A DNA stretch of 64,000 nucleotides, taken from positions 11,284,001 to 11,348,000 of the forward strand of contig CP075493.1 in the NCBI GenBank assembly GCA_021613535.1. Direction: 5' to 3'. The DNA is from Adineta vaga. Lineage: Eukaryota > Animalia > Rotifera. The notes under the pieces are model-generated. The model was given only the letters and a program-made list of their open reading frames with translations, had not been told where the DNA came from and did no database searches. Positions 38,830 to 54,981 of the stretch are shown piece by piece (the first letter of the stretch is position 1; each line of letters starts with the position of its first letter). Both the position numbers and the translations under genes were made by a program.

Positions 38830-39889
38830 CTATCGGCAGAATAATTGTTCCCGAAACAATCGACTTGTTAAAGTAAATATAAAGAATGTTATATTGTGAC
38901 CTACACCTGCAATAATTCCAGAAAGAACGAAAAACAAATTCTCTCTTGCTATTTGAAGATTTGTTTTAGTTTGATGGGATGTTAAGGAAATATACCATTG
39001 ACTAATTGCATATACAGTTATTGTTGATCCAACTACTAAACACTGAACAAAAGTCATACGAATTAAATTTCTACTTTTATTTGAACGTCTATGTCCTTGA
39101 CTGGATGAATTCCTTATAGTTATAGGCATTACTGCTCGATGACGAATATGACGAATGGTAAAAATAGAAAATAGTAACATTAATAAAGGTGGACCTGATC
39201 CATACGTAACTAAATGCCATATACCAAGAAATATATTATACGCAACATTTTCAATTGAACAACTTCGTTGAGGTAATAATATGTCATAAAATATCAGTAC
39301 ATGAAAATATGCCAAATGAACCAAAATAAATGTTATAGGAATTACACGATAAGCTACTTTATAACTACTCCATCTACGCATATTGATATTTGATGAACTA
39401 TGTAAGAATCTATGAGATAATCAAAAAGAAAACTAAATGAACATCTTTATCGTGAGAAACAGACATATTTTACCGATCAATACAAGCAAGAAGAAGATAC
39501 CATATTGCCAATGTTCTATTAACATACAAAAATAAATAGATAGAGAATTAAAATCTATATCCTAAACTTTCTCTCTCTTACTTCCAGGTATATGAAAAAA
39601 GATATTTTATCTTACAAACTACAGTTATATACATAGTTGGATCAATTCTATATCCCACTTGAAGATCTCGAAGAGGTAAATTAATAATCGTATAAATAAG
39701 TGTAGTTATTGATGATGATAAGAAATACATGCAACATGGATTTTTTCTTAAGATTGGTCGCGTAAATACGTAGATATTTAAGATATTGAAAATACTACCA
39801 ATTACTATAATCATAGGTAACACCCAACGTGTACATATAGTAATAAATGAATTGATCGAATTGATTTCATTTTGACTATTCGATGCCAT
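38830..39889 (-). CDS. Rhodopsin-like 7TM GPCR (3 exons)
   Basis: G..FNILNIYVF..LRKNPCCMYF, CKIKY, LLACIDRFL across a splice junction, PPLLMLLFS, FFIFTLTSRLFREQL. Confidence 0.8.
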
Positions 39890-41716
39890 TTTCTTGATCT
39901 ATCTGTTTTATCAAAAGCGTCGGTAAGAGATTTATATAAGGAGCTTGTGAGTGCAAAACTGATAAAAGCTTTCTGTGAACAAAGAAAAAATTAATTTAAT
40001 GCTTTTGTCCTTTTTTTTCTTTATACTCTTATATTCACTCTCAATTATAGAAGAAATATTCTTTTTGATTTTCTCAAAATAGATTAATTATACTGCAATT
40101 ATCTTAAAAGAAAACTTATATTGTTTAACGAATGGTGCATGATGAATGAGTCTCTCAATGTTTTACATTGTTTTTCATCTATTATCTAGCTGGAAAAGAA
40201 ATGTTTTCCTTTTAGAAAGATTCTTCGTGACATTCTCTATCAAATATATTATGACATATGCAGTGCAATCGATTGATCTGAGAAATATAACTCTTACAGA
40301 AAACATGCTTTTCGATAAGAGATGAACAAATTGTCTCGACAACTTTGCTATATTACATGATGAATATAGAATTTAGCACGATCCTGTTGATTTAACCAAT
40401 CATTTTCATAAATTGTACTGCCATACTTCAAGGCAATGGATGATACTTCTTTGAAGATCACAAGTAGATAAATATCATGTGAACATATACATCTAACTTA
40501 ACCAATCGTATTGCCTTTATCTACATTATGTAAAAAACTGAGCAATTTGACTTTTAAAAAAAAGTACCAAACAAAGTTTCGGTTCATATCTGTTTTCATT
40601 CTTTCAGCTAACATCAAATGACTTACAATTAACATATACCTATATCCCAATTAATACCGGCAATTATCCTCAGCATTTGATAAGATAAGCCTAAAAATAT
40701 ATTCTTATTTGAACTTTTAGTCGGACTTTAGTATTTGAAGCTTCTAATAATACCATTTAATGTTATTGACTTTAAAATTGGAAAAAATAGATTCTTTTTA
40801 TATTTGTTGCTAATTTAGAACACTATATTTTCAAGTTTCAAATTTATACCGAGTTTTCTTCTTCTATTCATCATTCATGTAGAATGATTATTTAAGCAAA
40901 TCTAACTTTTACGTCTATAGACAAAACAGATGCAAACATATGTGAGAGTATAAAATCTAAATATAGCTATCTTCACCGATATACGTAATCTTGACGATGA
41001 ATATTTATAGGAGGAAATATCTAAAACTCTGACCATAGATTTGATTTGATCATATTTTCAATATTTAGAATTCTTTAATAATCATTTGCGACATTGTTTT
41101 AAGAGGATAAGTGCAGGCATTCAGCATCCAAAAATAGCGGTAGGTGCTGGCGACACTCGGTCTGCACTTATCCCTTGAGTAAATATTATGAATGCAAATG
41201 ATATTTGTATATAGTAGATTACTAAACAAACGTCGAATATTGAAGTTTGCTATCAAAAGATAGGTAGGCTAATAAAGAAAGAAGCACTCGTCATTACTAT
41301 AAAACGAGAAAATACTTCGTTACACATCTTTTATACTCTCTTTTAGTTAAAAGACCATGGAGACGTTCAAAAGGAAAACTCTTTATGAATTTCAGTCATA
41401 GAAGATTTATTTAATTATGTTCAAATGAAAGAGACGTCTTCAAGACGAAATGAGATAATCATGTTTTTATCCATTTGAACGACGAGATGATCTTACTATG
41501 ATCATTTCACCTTTAACGAAATATACGATCGTGGTGTATGAGTGAAAATTTTCGTTCTGTCATATGCTCGTTGCTACGGATGACTTCATGTTTTATTCGT
41601 CTCTTTTTTTCTTCACACGTGTTTCGTATATGTGTATAATTAACATATTTTTTTCTTTCTTTCTCTTCAATACATACCACTTAACAAACATTTAGTTGTT
41701 CTATTATTCTCTAGAC

Positions 41717-44700
41717 ATGGTCTTTCGAAGTATAGTCAGTTATTTTCTTGATAAATATCTAGGAGATTATATTGAAAATTTGGATACGAAAAAATTCAAA
41801 CTTAATCTATGGCAAGGTTAGATCTACTATTATTATAAACTAGTTTATTTTTTGTATGATTTTTAATAGGTGATGTTGTTTTAGAAGATCTATATCTCAA
41901 ATCGGATATTCTCGTAAATCTTTTCGCATCGTTAATTGAAAGAAAAATGCATGTGTTGTTATTACTTTTAGGCGAATTATAATCTTCCTGTTACGATAAA
42001 GAAGGGTCATATTCGTAGGTCAAATTTTAATTGAATTAGTTTGAAAGATAAAAACAGTTATTTAGGTAAATTATCTTTACATATATCATGGAAACATTTG
42101 TATGAACATCCAATCAAGATTAGCATCGATGGTTTTTATGTACTTGCTGAACTGAAAGTCGATGTGAAATATAATGCTGAACAAGAAGAAAAACGTCAAT
42201 ACAATGCGAAAATGAAAGAAGTACATAAAGTTGAAGACTTTCGTAGGAGAAAAGAAAGAATGGGTAGAATTATTCTTGATTTCATTTTCATATATCGATT
42301 TCTTCGTTTCTATAGAACAAGAAAAAAGATCACCAAAGAATCAAGACACATTTCTCAATCGTTTATGGTTACATATTATGCGTAATCTTCAAATTTCAAT
42401 TAGTAATATTCACCTTGCTTTTGAAGATACAACAACTAAAGTTGATCATCCATTTGCATTTGGAATCACTTTGAACTATATGAAATTTCAGGTAAATATT
42501 TATTAATCGTATTTTGTTGTATGAATCGAATATCTTTGTCAATAGACAACGAATAGTGAATGGGAACATGCGGCGATACCAATAGAAGATTCAGAAATTG
42601 TTTATAAAGTAAATTTTATGATGGAAGAAAATTCGAAAAATCTTCGATTCTTTTTATCATAGTTTGCTGCATTGAATGCTTTGTCTATCTATTGGAATTC
42701 AAATATCAAAACCAAATTCTCAGAAGAGAATCTTATTGTATAGATTTCTTGTTTGATTTATTCTCTTATGTTAGATACGTTTGTTAATATAGGATGAGTT
42801 ACATGCACAAATCATGAGAAATGATGGAGCAATTATTGAAAATATGACTTATGGTCAGTTTCTTCATATTGTGATTTCATCAAATAATTAGATGTTTGAT
42901 TGTAGTTTTACGACCATCAAATATCGAAGCAAAATTACAGATTACATCCGTTCCAAGTCAACAGAATTTTGTTCGACCTATACTTGATATTAAAATTGAT
43001 TTCGGACAGATTTATTTCGATGTTAACCGTGATCAGGTTCGAGAGAGAGAAGAGAAACTCATGTTGAAATCCATTGATTAATTTATCTATAGTATACGGA
43101 TCTTCTCGATCTTTTCGAACATTGGGATTATATTAAATTACGATCAAAATATATCAAATATTATGAAACAATCGAAACTGATCAACCGAATATAAAACGG
43201 TAAGAATATATTACTTTTGATACTAAACAATTTGTGTTTCGTTTTTCTATAGTTGGAAATTTGCTTATACTGCAATTGTTAATGAATTTGTTCGACCACA
43301 TTTATCATATCAACAATGGGAAAATATTCGAGACAATTTACATCGACGTCGTGAATATCATACTCTTTATTTTAAAAAACGAAATGGTCAAGCAACGAAA
43401 CAAGATAAAGAACATCTTCGGGTTAATATGATAGAACTATTGATTATTATAATCTTTGTTGTTTCTTTTATCTTTCAGGAAATTGAAAAACAACTCGATG
43501 TACTAAACATAGTTTTCATTCGTCGAAATGTTGATCTTGAGGTACGAAATGATTCAGTCCTTTTTTTCAGTATGTTTTTATCTCGAACTTGATGTTTGTT
43601 AGGTTAAAAAGGAAAAAATTGAACGAAAAGAGGAATCAACATGGGATTGGTTATCCAATTGGTGGACTAACAATTCAAATGATGATCATTTAAGTAATGG
43701 AATTTTGTTTCTGTTTAATATTTATTATGATTCGTATTTGTTAGATTTAGATTGAGAATGTCATGACTGTTGATGAAGAAATGAACTTGTATAGTGCTAT
43801 CCATGATAAAGAAACTGCTCAATCACCATCGTATCCTGAAGAAGTAGATATCTTATATGAAGTTATTGTAATCTCAAATGAAGAATTATTTTTGAATTTT
43901 AGTATGTTGATATGGATCTTTCGATTCAATTGGAACTCCTCGAGATCAATGTTTGGTCTAGTCTGAATGAAAATGATTCAAAGTAAATCATCTATTTCAA
44001 TTTTATATCATGCCTGGCTTCTTTTCTCAATAGGTTCGACCTAATTACTCAAATTGATGTATCGAATACAAACGTAAAATATCAACGACATCCAACAACT
44101 TTAGGTTTTCTGTTCGTTATTTCTAAGTTTTATTTTCTTATATTTTTTTTTACTTTCTTAATCATCTAGAGCAATCATTGATATCGATGAACTTGAAATA
44201 TATGGTGTTGATAAAGAAAATATTCGTCCAAATTTACTCCAACGTGCTGACAAATCCGAAGTATCACCACAACAGTTGTTACATGTCGAATTTGAAACGA
44301 ATCCAGTGCATACAAACATCGATTATCGTATTCATTCGCAATTACAATCCGTTGAGATTATCTATGATGCGGTATTATTTCTTAGAAAGATCTTTTTTTT
44401 GTGTGAAAGATTACCTAGTTTTATTTAGATGACAATGAATGGATTGATTGATTGTTTTTATCCTGGTGTTTATCGTGACTTGAAAGGGTATATTGAGAGC
44501 AAGGGGAAGTGTCTGATGAATTGATAATGTATCTTTCTTTTTAGAGTAAAAAAGAAAATCTATTCAATGTACATGGATATTCGACATCGAATACAATTTC
44601 TACTTGATTATAATATACGAAATATTAAAAATTTAGATCTGGATATTGATTTTCAATCGGTTTCTTTTCTCGTACCAGAAAATGGTATTTATCAATCGAA

Positions 44701-47700
44701 TAATTCCTCAATTGCTTGTTTTAATTCTGGACATCTCATGATTCAAGGTGGTCGTGATGAAATTGATAAGATTGACGAAGAAATATTTGAAGATGCTCAA
44801 GTATTAAATAATCTCAATATTTATCATAATTTTTTATTTGTTTTTTTTTTCTTCTCTAGAGTCGTTTAGATGTTATTGATTCATCTTACATCCCAATAAA
44901 AATTCGATTAGAAGATATTCATTTGCTTTATGCTCAATCAAGTACGTAGAATTGCCATTTCTTAAACTCGATATAAATCATTTTTCAATTATTCAGATGA
45001 AGATTGGCAAAATCTTCGAAATGATCGAAATTCTCCCATATATTTCATTAAACCATATATCATCGATTTGAATATTGATAAATGTATTTATGTTGATGAT
45101 CCTATTTTACCACTGTATGTTGTCAATATTGATTTCAATGATTTGTTTTGTTATAAATGATTTGTAGTTGGAAACTCATTGTAAACGTTTCAACAGTCGA
45201 TTGTTGTTTATTGGATAAACGTATTTTTGGTATGATGAAATTGATTCGTTCAATTCCAATTTCTCAAGTACAAAACGTTTCCAAAAGCTCATATTCAATT
45301 GAAGAGGTGAGTACAAAAAAAAGAGAAGAAGTTTTCTTGATTATTTGTGTTTGTTTTAGTTATTTGAAGCTGAAGGTACAATGCCGGAAAAACATACAAA
45401 GAAATTATTTGAAACAATCGAAAATATGGCCAAGGTAAAAGAGAATCTACAACAATCTGATTTAGAAGCGGAACCAACAGAACTTGAAGGGAACTTGAAT
45501 ATGCCTTATGTAAGCAAACATATCATTTCAGATGAGATGAAAAGGATCCGTTTTTAGATTAATATTCTTTTTCAAGAATCGATTTCGAATAAAATTCAAC
45601 CATTTGTTCGAATTTCACTCGTTTCATTCACAGCTCAAACAACAATTAAAACATTTCATATTACTTTAAATGCATCTCTTTCGGATTTTACTATTATTCA
45701 CGAACAATTTCTAACAAATAACAATGAACCACTTCGTCTACTCTCAACTACCGACAAGGAAAACCTACTAACTATGAATTGTTTACTGACTTCACCCGAA
45801 AATCCATTATTCTATTCGGCTCCTTATAATCGAATTGAAAATAAAGTTCATGTCAACATTAGTAAACCTATTGCCATGCTACAAATCGATGCACTCGTAT
45901 CCATTATTCAATTTCGAAATGATTTAATGAATAGAATATTAAAATTACCCCGACACAATCGCATACAAACCGATGAATCATCATCAACAGAAAAATCAAA
46001 ATACATTTCAAGTAAAGCAACATCGAACATTGTAATTGATCTCGAACAATTTCGAATAATCATGGGTACAGATCTTTCTCAATTGCTCGATATTCAATTT
46101 CATGGATTGACATTAAATATCACTCAATCGATCAAAAAATTCGGAACGAAATTTCTTCTAACTGATTTTCATATATTTGATCTTCATGCACATACACGAT
46201 ATCGAAATCTTATGTGTCAACAAAGTCCTGATATACAAGTTTTATACATCGATTTTATCACATACAATCATCCGAAGTTTTACAAAAGAAAATTAAAAGA
46301 TATTGATTACAAAATCAAAATTTATTTGAACAAAATCAATACAGTTTTTTTATACAAATATATTGATATTATCGTCAATTCATTCAATGCATTTCAATCA
46401 AAACAACTGAATGTTTCAACGAATCAAACGAATACTTTCGATGATATGGTCGAAAAATTTCACAAAGAAAATTCGAAGATTTATTTTGATATTATCGTCA
46501 ATATACCAACAATTTTCATTCCAATAGATACACATTCCAATGAAGGAATCTTTATTGATGTAGGTGAATTGAACTTTCAAATGCAAACTCGCGAAGATCA
46601 TCCAAATCAATTATCAATTGAACGACAAGAATTAACTTTTAGGAATTTTTATATCAGTCATCGAATTCTCAATGATAGCAATGAAATATCCAATGATATA
46701 GTTCTTGTAAAGTGTACGGAATTTCATGCATGGATTCATCGTGTTTTGTATCTGGATGGAAGTTTAACTCAACCAGAAGTTTCGGCAAAAATCGAATGGG
46801 AAACAATTGATATTACGTTGACTAACGAAGATTATTCATGTATTATGAAAATATTTGAAAGAAACTTTTCGGAACAAGTATTTCTTCATTCATTGGAACA
46901 AGAAGTAATAGTAGATAAACCATCAACAGATATTCCGGTAGAAAAACATAAGAACACGTTCAATAAGACAATTTCTAAGAAGATTCAAATTGATTTTGAA
47001 ATTCAAAAGATTAATTTAACTCTTTGTCTTAATGAAAATAATCAAACAATTGATCAACTAAATCCAAATAAAACTAGTGAATTTCTCAAAATGATAATTG
47101 AAATGATTGATCTTCATTTTCAACAATTATCCGATGGAAGTTATACTACGAAAACTCAAATTAAACATGTTTTTTTGGATGATTTATATGGAACACGTGT
47201 ACTCAATCGAAATTTTCATGTTGATCCTAATGTACCACTACTTATTACTACCATTGATTTTCAATCTGATATTCGACATGGTAAGCAGGAAAAAAGTTGC
47301 CTATTTTAATGCTACATACACGTATATTCTGTATGCTGATTTTATAGTGAATATTGTGTTAGAAAGTTTTTATCTATGGTTAACTGCTGATTGTTTAATG
47401 GCATTGAAACTCTTTTTCACATCAATTCAGTCGTCGGATGATGAAGATCAATCTCAAGTATCGACTAATAATTCATTGGCAATTCGAGAGAATCTACCAC
47501 CACCTGCTAAGTGTATTTCAGTATGTCGTCGTCAAAGTCTACGATCAGCACCAACCTCATCTTCACCAGAGAAAATCATATCATCGAATACTGTAACAAA
47601 AGTTGATATTCTAATTAAAACACCTCAAATTTGTTGGCTAGAAGATCAATCGAATTCGAATTCAAATTGTCTTGTATTCAATGTAAGATTCAATATAGAC

Positions 47701-50700
47701 GATTTAACATAAATCTATCAATATTTATTGTTTATTTAGTTCGCATTTCAATTGCAAATGAACTTTGAACATGGAGAAACTCAACTACATAGTTCGATGA
47801 AAAATATAAGTGTTTATAGTTCTAATTTTCTTGAATTGAAAGATTCAAAAATCATATATCATGTGAGAAAAATGTTTTTATCGTTTTGCTGCATTCTTAT
47901 TCTATTTTATGTCTTTCTCTCCAGATTTTACAACCGATGAATATTGATATTATTTCAAGGATGAATTCAATGGATCAGTGCATCGATGTAAACATTAAAA
48001 GTATTCATATAAATCTTTCTCCATCAGTTATTCAATTAATTGTCAATTTGATGAATTCGATTGATAACTCTCAGACGACAAGTTTTGTAACTGATGTAGA
48101 TAAAAAAGTGAAAGTACAATCTACTTCTTTGTTCGATCCAAAACCATTTAAAGATGCATCATTTTGGTTTCTTACCGGTTTGTTTCATTTATCTTTAAAT
48201 CGTGATAAGATTGTTTGTTTCAGGTGCTGAAATCGAACAGGAAATGGTCGAACAGAGAGATATCTTGGAAATGGCAACTGGTACTCCTACACAAAAGAAA
48301 GATTCAAATGAAGAAAACGAAGAAGATGATAAACCAAAACAGACAAATGAAATTCATCGCTCGCAAAAAGTATTTATCTAAAAGACATCTCTATAGTTTT
48401 TCATTCGTCTGGATGTCTATATTTAGTTGAAATTTGATATGAAACTCGTTGAAATGAGACTTGAACTTGGTTCAAAATCAATTGTTGCTTTATGTCTATC
48501 TAATCTATGTCTTGATGTCAAAAATTGGTCGAATGATGTAAGAGTTTCCTATACAAATAGATATAGTATAATGAGATCTTGATTCTTTCCTTCTCTTTAG
48601 ATAAATTTTTCTTCAAGAATTCACATTGAATTAGCTGTATTTAATGATCATATGCTCGCTTGGATTCCATTGATTGAACCGGTAGTGGATAAACGTGGTG
48701 AAATAGTCTCTCCGTGGTATATCATATGTTCGACTCAAACTAATAAAAATGAGGTACAATGAGTTCATTTTCAAAGTGATTTTTATAATCTTTCTCTCTA
48801 CTAGTATCCCATTGAAGATAAACGATTGAAACGATCTCAAAAGGTATATCTAGTTGATTCTATGAGAAGAGAGAGATCGATGTTTTCATTTTTCCTCTTC
48901 AGGAAAGTTGTTTAGGTCGTCGTCAAAATTCATTATCAACTATTGAAGAACATTCAAAAGATATTACAGATTGTCTCAATGCAAAGAAAAAATTTCATAT
49001 TCGAGCTGAAAATTTGCTGAATATAACATTAACAAAATCAAGTTTTGATTTGATAGAACGACTCACAACTGTATTTATGAAAGCTTATAATAACAAACTA
49101 TCAAAAGATGACGATATTGAAGATAAATCGATATTGTCTGTACACAATCTTACTGGTTATGAAGTTCTTCTTGATGATATCAAAGATATGGAGATAGATG
49201 AGATGCCAATCAAACTCAAGTATAAAGATTCCATTGCAATGAAAGTGCCAAAAGAACGATTATCTTCTACTCATCTTCCTGATATTGATGATCAAATCAT
49301 TAAAAGACAACAAGAGTTTTCTGTTCAATTGAAGATTAATAATGAGAAGACAAAAGTAGATGTCAAACATACATCAAAACGAGTTTATCCATTGAGTTCA
49401 TCCTCTATACCAAATTGGCCGATTGAGTTACATTGTGATTCTCACATTCACAATAATCAACGACGAGTGATTCTTAGCTCTATTGTCAAAGTAAACTTTT
49501 TATATTTCATCAATATACTCTACAAATTGATTCGTTTTCATTTAGATATATAATCGAACTACCTTTCCTCTGTTCATCTTAGATGTTGATTCAATCGAAA
49601 CAAAAAATCATCGTACATTATGTCGACTTGATGCAAATGATGAATGCTATCTTCCCATTGAACCTTTATATATGCGATCAAGTTCTCGTCTATTTATTAG
49701 CGTAGATGAGTAAGACATGAATTGATTGTTTTGTTTGTTAATGAATTGTTTGCCATTGATAGGAATGATTTTATTTCATTTGATTGGAGAAATGAAACCA
49801 TACTCGATCGTAGATTGAAGATGAAAAATGATGTAGAAATTCATCTTGTCGTAAGTGAGTTGTTAAATATGGATTGTATTTGATATATGATATATTTAGA
49901 TATTGAAAGAAACGATAAAAGCATTTTCTGAGAATACAGATGAATCCAGTCGAAGTTGTTTTCATATTTATATTAATCTTGCTCTTCATCTAATCAATCT
50001 TTTACCAATTGATGTTCAATGTTCAATTGATGTAAATATTATTTCTTTTTCTTCGACGCTATTCAATTATTTGATGTATGTAGCGTAACAAACCAATCGA
50101 TTTAAAACCAAGTGAATTGTATAATAGTATTTCCGGTACCAAACAATCTATACTAACTTTCATTGTATGTATAAATTCATCGTATTTCTCATTTCTATAA
50201 AAAAGAGTATCATCTACAATAGATTCCATCATATAAAAATATAAAGTGGCTTTCAGAACCAGTTGACTTAACTGAAAAGGGTCATGGTAATCGGAATGAA
50301 CATTTAATATTATTTCACGGATTTGAATCGCAAGATGAATTGGTATAGATTTTTATTTTTATGAAACATGTTTATAATTAAAAATGTTATGTTCTAGACA
50401 ATGATCTTACGTGTAGATATATATCAAGAATCATTTCGTGCTGCGTTATATTCACCATTTTGGATCATTAATTGTACGAATCTCAAACTTGAATTTAAGG
50501 TTAGTTGATTTGGTTATTTCTAAGTTTTGTTTCACTGTATTGTCGTATAGATTGATAACGAGGAGACGCTGATTGATGTTTGTAATACGCCATTTCTTGT
50601 TTGCCCAAAGAAAATTGATAGTGATGTATATAATAAAAAGGTTTGCTTCAGTAATTTCATACAGAAAACAACGATAAAATAGATCTTGAAACCATTCTAT

Positions 50701-53700
50701 AGGCTCATCTTCGTGTACATGGTGTCGACGAACATGATTGCATTTCTCATTGGTCAAAAGAATTCACTCTATACGTGGTTGCAAGTACAGGTATAGCAAA
50801 TTGCAAAATGTCGAATGATAGAACTTATATGGTAAAATTGAATCATTAAGTAATAAATGAAAACGTTTCTTTTAATTTTTTCAGATCTGTGTACATATAA
50901 CAACAACTTCGTTTTGTATGTCGAAGATTATCAAACTTTCGTCATCTATGGCTATTATTAATAGATCAATAGTATCGATTATCTTTCTATAATCTCACAC
51001 TTATTTAGAATCATGTTTGTTTAGATGGATCTTGAAGTTAGTGAACTAATAACTGAAACTGAACAGAACAATTGGCATTTGATAAAATCAGAACAAGTAA
51101 AAAATTTTATCTATGAAAAAAAGTCGAGTTGTATTTTCAAAAAATTATACTTAGATAATTCCATTCTGGCCACATAATATCAAAGACGGTGCTATGCGTA
51201 TTCGTTATGTAAAGAATCGTACAGCATCATCATTGTTGTTTCCAATGTATGATCGACATCGAACATTATTAAGAATGAACGATGCAGATTATCCAGCTAT
51301 TCATGTTGAAGTGACAATTATTGAAACGTTAGGTATTCATATCATTTTCAGTGATTATCAAAGTGGTGATGCACCTCTTCTGTTACTTAATTGTTTGAGA
51401 AATCATTCCATATTATACGGTCAAGAAGAAGATGATAGGTAAGTTTCTAATATTGTCTTTTCACACTATTACCACTCTATGTAAATATTAGACAAACGCA
51501 CGTTTTACCATCACAACATTATGTTTACTATACATGGAGCAATATATTCAAATCACGTAAATTAACTGTTTCATGCAATGAACAAGATATAACACTTGAA
51601 CTTCGTGTAATTTTCTTTTCATTCTAAATATTATCATGAGAAAAAGATTCATTCTCGTCCTTTAATAGTCTGTTTATGGTTGTCTAGAATCATCAAACGG
51701 AGATCGTATATTCTATGTAATATTTCATGATGGTCCTCAAACGATCTTGATCTTTGCTGAAGAAATATCGATTATCAAATCAGTTTTAAATGTGAGTTAT
51801 CAAGTTTTTCTTTGTCTTGAAAATCTAATCCGATAATTTAGCTTGCCAACGAAGAAGGCTCGTCGAATGAAATAATGGATCAATATATTGATATAAGTTT
51901 TCATGATATTAGTTTATCAATTATTAATGATATTACACATGAAGATCTCGTTTACATTACTATAAACAAATCGAAACAGATTTGGACTGAAACACAAAAA
52001 TCTTTAATAAAACCACTTTCAAATAAACTTAATCGTCAGCTAGAAAAAAAATATCGAGTTCATTTGAAACAACATCGAATGAATTCGAATAATGACACAG
52101 AATTGGAAAGAAAAACATTCCATATTGGTGGACATCGTGTAAGTTTTGTCAATTTAGTTCCAAGAGATATATCATTATCATTTATAGCGTGCTTCATTCA
52201 TTGAAAATACGGCTGAAATCATTGATCAAAATGATTCTCGAATACAAATTCATCGGCAAGCTCTGGATGGATTATGGATTCGATGGAGTTGGTCAAAGAC
52301 TAATACAGTTTATCATCTTCGTATTAATCATATTCAAATTGATAATCAACTGGAATATACATTACTACCAGTGGTTCTTCGTCCAATGACTTCATCGTCA
52401 GTAGAACAGCCATTTATTGAATTGAGTGCTTCGAAAATCATCAATACTCGATCGAAAACAATGTATTTCAAGTATGCAATATATTTCTCAATCGATTCAT
52501 TCTAATAATTTGAAAATAATCATTTAGATATTTCAAATTAACGTGTCAAGAATCTCTCATATGTATTGATCAAGGTTTAATTAACGCATTTCTTATATTC
52601 ATCGACACAGAAAAGGTTAGTTTTCTCTATTTACATCAATGAAAGCTTATATCTAATATGACATTTTTAGAAATCGACCAAATTGACCATTGATATGAGT
52701 CATGATTTGAAAGCCATTCAGAAAACATTCGAAACACTTGTGGAAAAACAGTCGATTGAAACAAAGATATTCTTTGATTGTATTCATTTCTCTCCACTGA
52801 AAGTAAATTATTTTCCTCAACAAAAACTTTTCTATTCAGTTTCTATTCTCCAGATTCATATAAGTCTTTCACCAAATGGAATAAAACCAGATATATTCAT
52901 ACTCGCTGATTATCCATCGATTGAATATTTTGTACAAATATTGGACTATGTTAAAGTACACGATATTATATTAAAGTAAAATCAGTTGTCATGAAGAAAT
53001 GATTGTATATTTTTTGAGTATGTATTTAATATAGATTAGATTTCTATGAACGAGAAAAAGATCGATTTACAATCAATAAATTAATCGATGAAATTTATGA
53101 ACATTATTTTGAACAACTTTGGAAACAAGTTTATGTTGTTATTCTTGGCCATGATTTACTTGGCAATCCTTTTGGCATGGTTCGTGAAGTTGCTCATGGT
53201 GTTAAATCATTTTTTCATGAACCGTTTAAAGTAAGACATAGTTATTTAGTTTTGATTTGATGTAATGAAATGGATGGTTTATTTTCGCTGTTTAGGGTGC
53301 GATGGAAGGTCCACTTGGATTTATTGAAGGAGTTGCAATAGGTACCGAACATTTAATTGGCTCAGCTGTAGGAAGTGCTGCTGGTGCTAGTTCAAAACTA
53401 ACTTATGTGATTAGTAAAGGTTTAGCAACATTAACATTTGATAAAGAGTATGCAAATGTTCGTAATCAACGTAAAAAATTAAAGACACAAACAGCATCGG
53501 ACATTGTTGATGGTGGAAGAAATCTTGCTAAAGTATTTTGCATGAAATATTCATGTTTCTATATTCAGTTGATCTCTTGAATAGGATTTTGTACATAGTG
53601 TAAAAGATATTGTTAAAAAACCAATAGCAGGTGTCAAAGAAGAGGGTGCATCAGGTTTAATGAAAGGTTTAGGTAAAGGTTTGCTTGGTGCTGTTGCACG

Positions 53701-54513
53701 ACCAACAAGTAGTGTTGCTCATCTGACTAGTACATCATGTGATGTACTTAAAAGGTAAAATGTTTTTTAATTCAAACTGTTGATTTGGATACAAACGGTT
53801 TTTTCTATCCATTCCAATGTAGAAAGGCGACTCATGCAGAGATTGTTCATCGTACTCGACGTTCACGTCATATTGGAAGTGATTATATTATTCGACCATC
53901 GACAGTTGATGAAATGAAAGGACGTTTTATTTTTAATGTAAGTTTTAAATAAAAAATTAACTTCTACTACGTGATTCTAGTATTCTTCTGTGGTTTGTTA
54001 GAGACTTGATAATAGCAAGTTCATAAAAACAGATGATTATATTGCTCATATGATTTGCTATGAAAATAACGAATTTGGTTGCTTTTTAGTTACATCAAAG
54101 TAATTTTTCTTTTTCTCTTTTTTTCTCTATTGATTATGATTTATTCGTAGACATATACTATTTGTTAAAGAGAAAATATCAACTTCAGATGATTATGAAG
54201 TTGAATGGCATTTTCAATACAAAGAATTAAAAGGACTACCCATGGTTAAATTTGATTCTAATCAGATTGTAATTAACTTAAAAGTAAATGGAATTTTGAT
54301 TTCATTTCTAAAATAAAAAGTTCTATCATCATTTAGGAACCAACACTACGTCGAAGAGTTAATAGACATCGAGAACATGAAAAGATCATTACTTATGAAA
54401 ATATGAGTGAAGCTCGAGTATGTTATTTTTACTTTTATCTTCTAGAAATTAAGTTATCTTTTTAGTATATTGTCGATCAAATTACGGAAATAATGCAGTC
54501 AATGGAACTATAA
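41717..54513 (+). CDS. VPS13: VPS13 (VPS13A/C-like) bridge-type lipid transfer protein, dozens of short introns
   Basis: Chorein_N start MVFRSIVSYFLDKYLGDYIENLD..LNLWQ|GDVVLEDLYLK, NLQISISNIHLAFED..HPFAFGITL, WKFAYTAI, WIPLIEP, YSPFWIINCT, QIDNQL...LPV, LLGNPFG, KPIAGVKEEGASGLMKGLGKG. Exon boundaries were not all verified. Confidence 0.88.
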
Positions 54514-54584
54514 TTTTTTTTTATCTGACTCATTTTTGGTCATATTTATTTATTAATTATTCTAGCAAAATAAAAACTCTTACA

Positions 54585-54602
54585 TATATATATATATATA
54601 TA
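54585..54602. repeat. (TA)n microsatellite
   Basis: atatatatatatatata run just 3' of VPS13. Confidence 0.85.
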
Positions 54603-54981
54603 GTTACCAGAGTGTGTATTTCGGTAGAGGAAAAGAACAAAACTATGATCGAACATTCCATTTGTAAATTAAGCTTTTACGATTTTGACGTGTTTGCATG
54701 TTTCCTTGACATCGTTGATGATTGTTTCACTCTTTTTCCGTTCCGATCGATACGAGGAGTGACACTTCAACTTTGTTTCACATCATTTGATCCGATACAG
54801 TAAAGTGGAAAATCAAATTAAACAAAAATATTGTTCATGTCTATTCATATTATTGTGCGTTAGTAAGAACACAAAATAGGTCGTATATTTCATGAGTAAC
54901 TGGTGCAAATAGTTGTTTGTTTAACATACGATTATCGTTATATCTTCAACGTCATCATCGAAACGTCTACTCAAAAGTAAT

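Noticed and set aside
39900-41700. Long AT-rich stretch checked for a transposon or RNA gene (likewise 7620-9500 and 59000-60600)
   Set aside because: No terminal repeats, transposase/RT remnants, tRNA-like folds or repeat arrays visible by eye; treated as intergenic.
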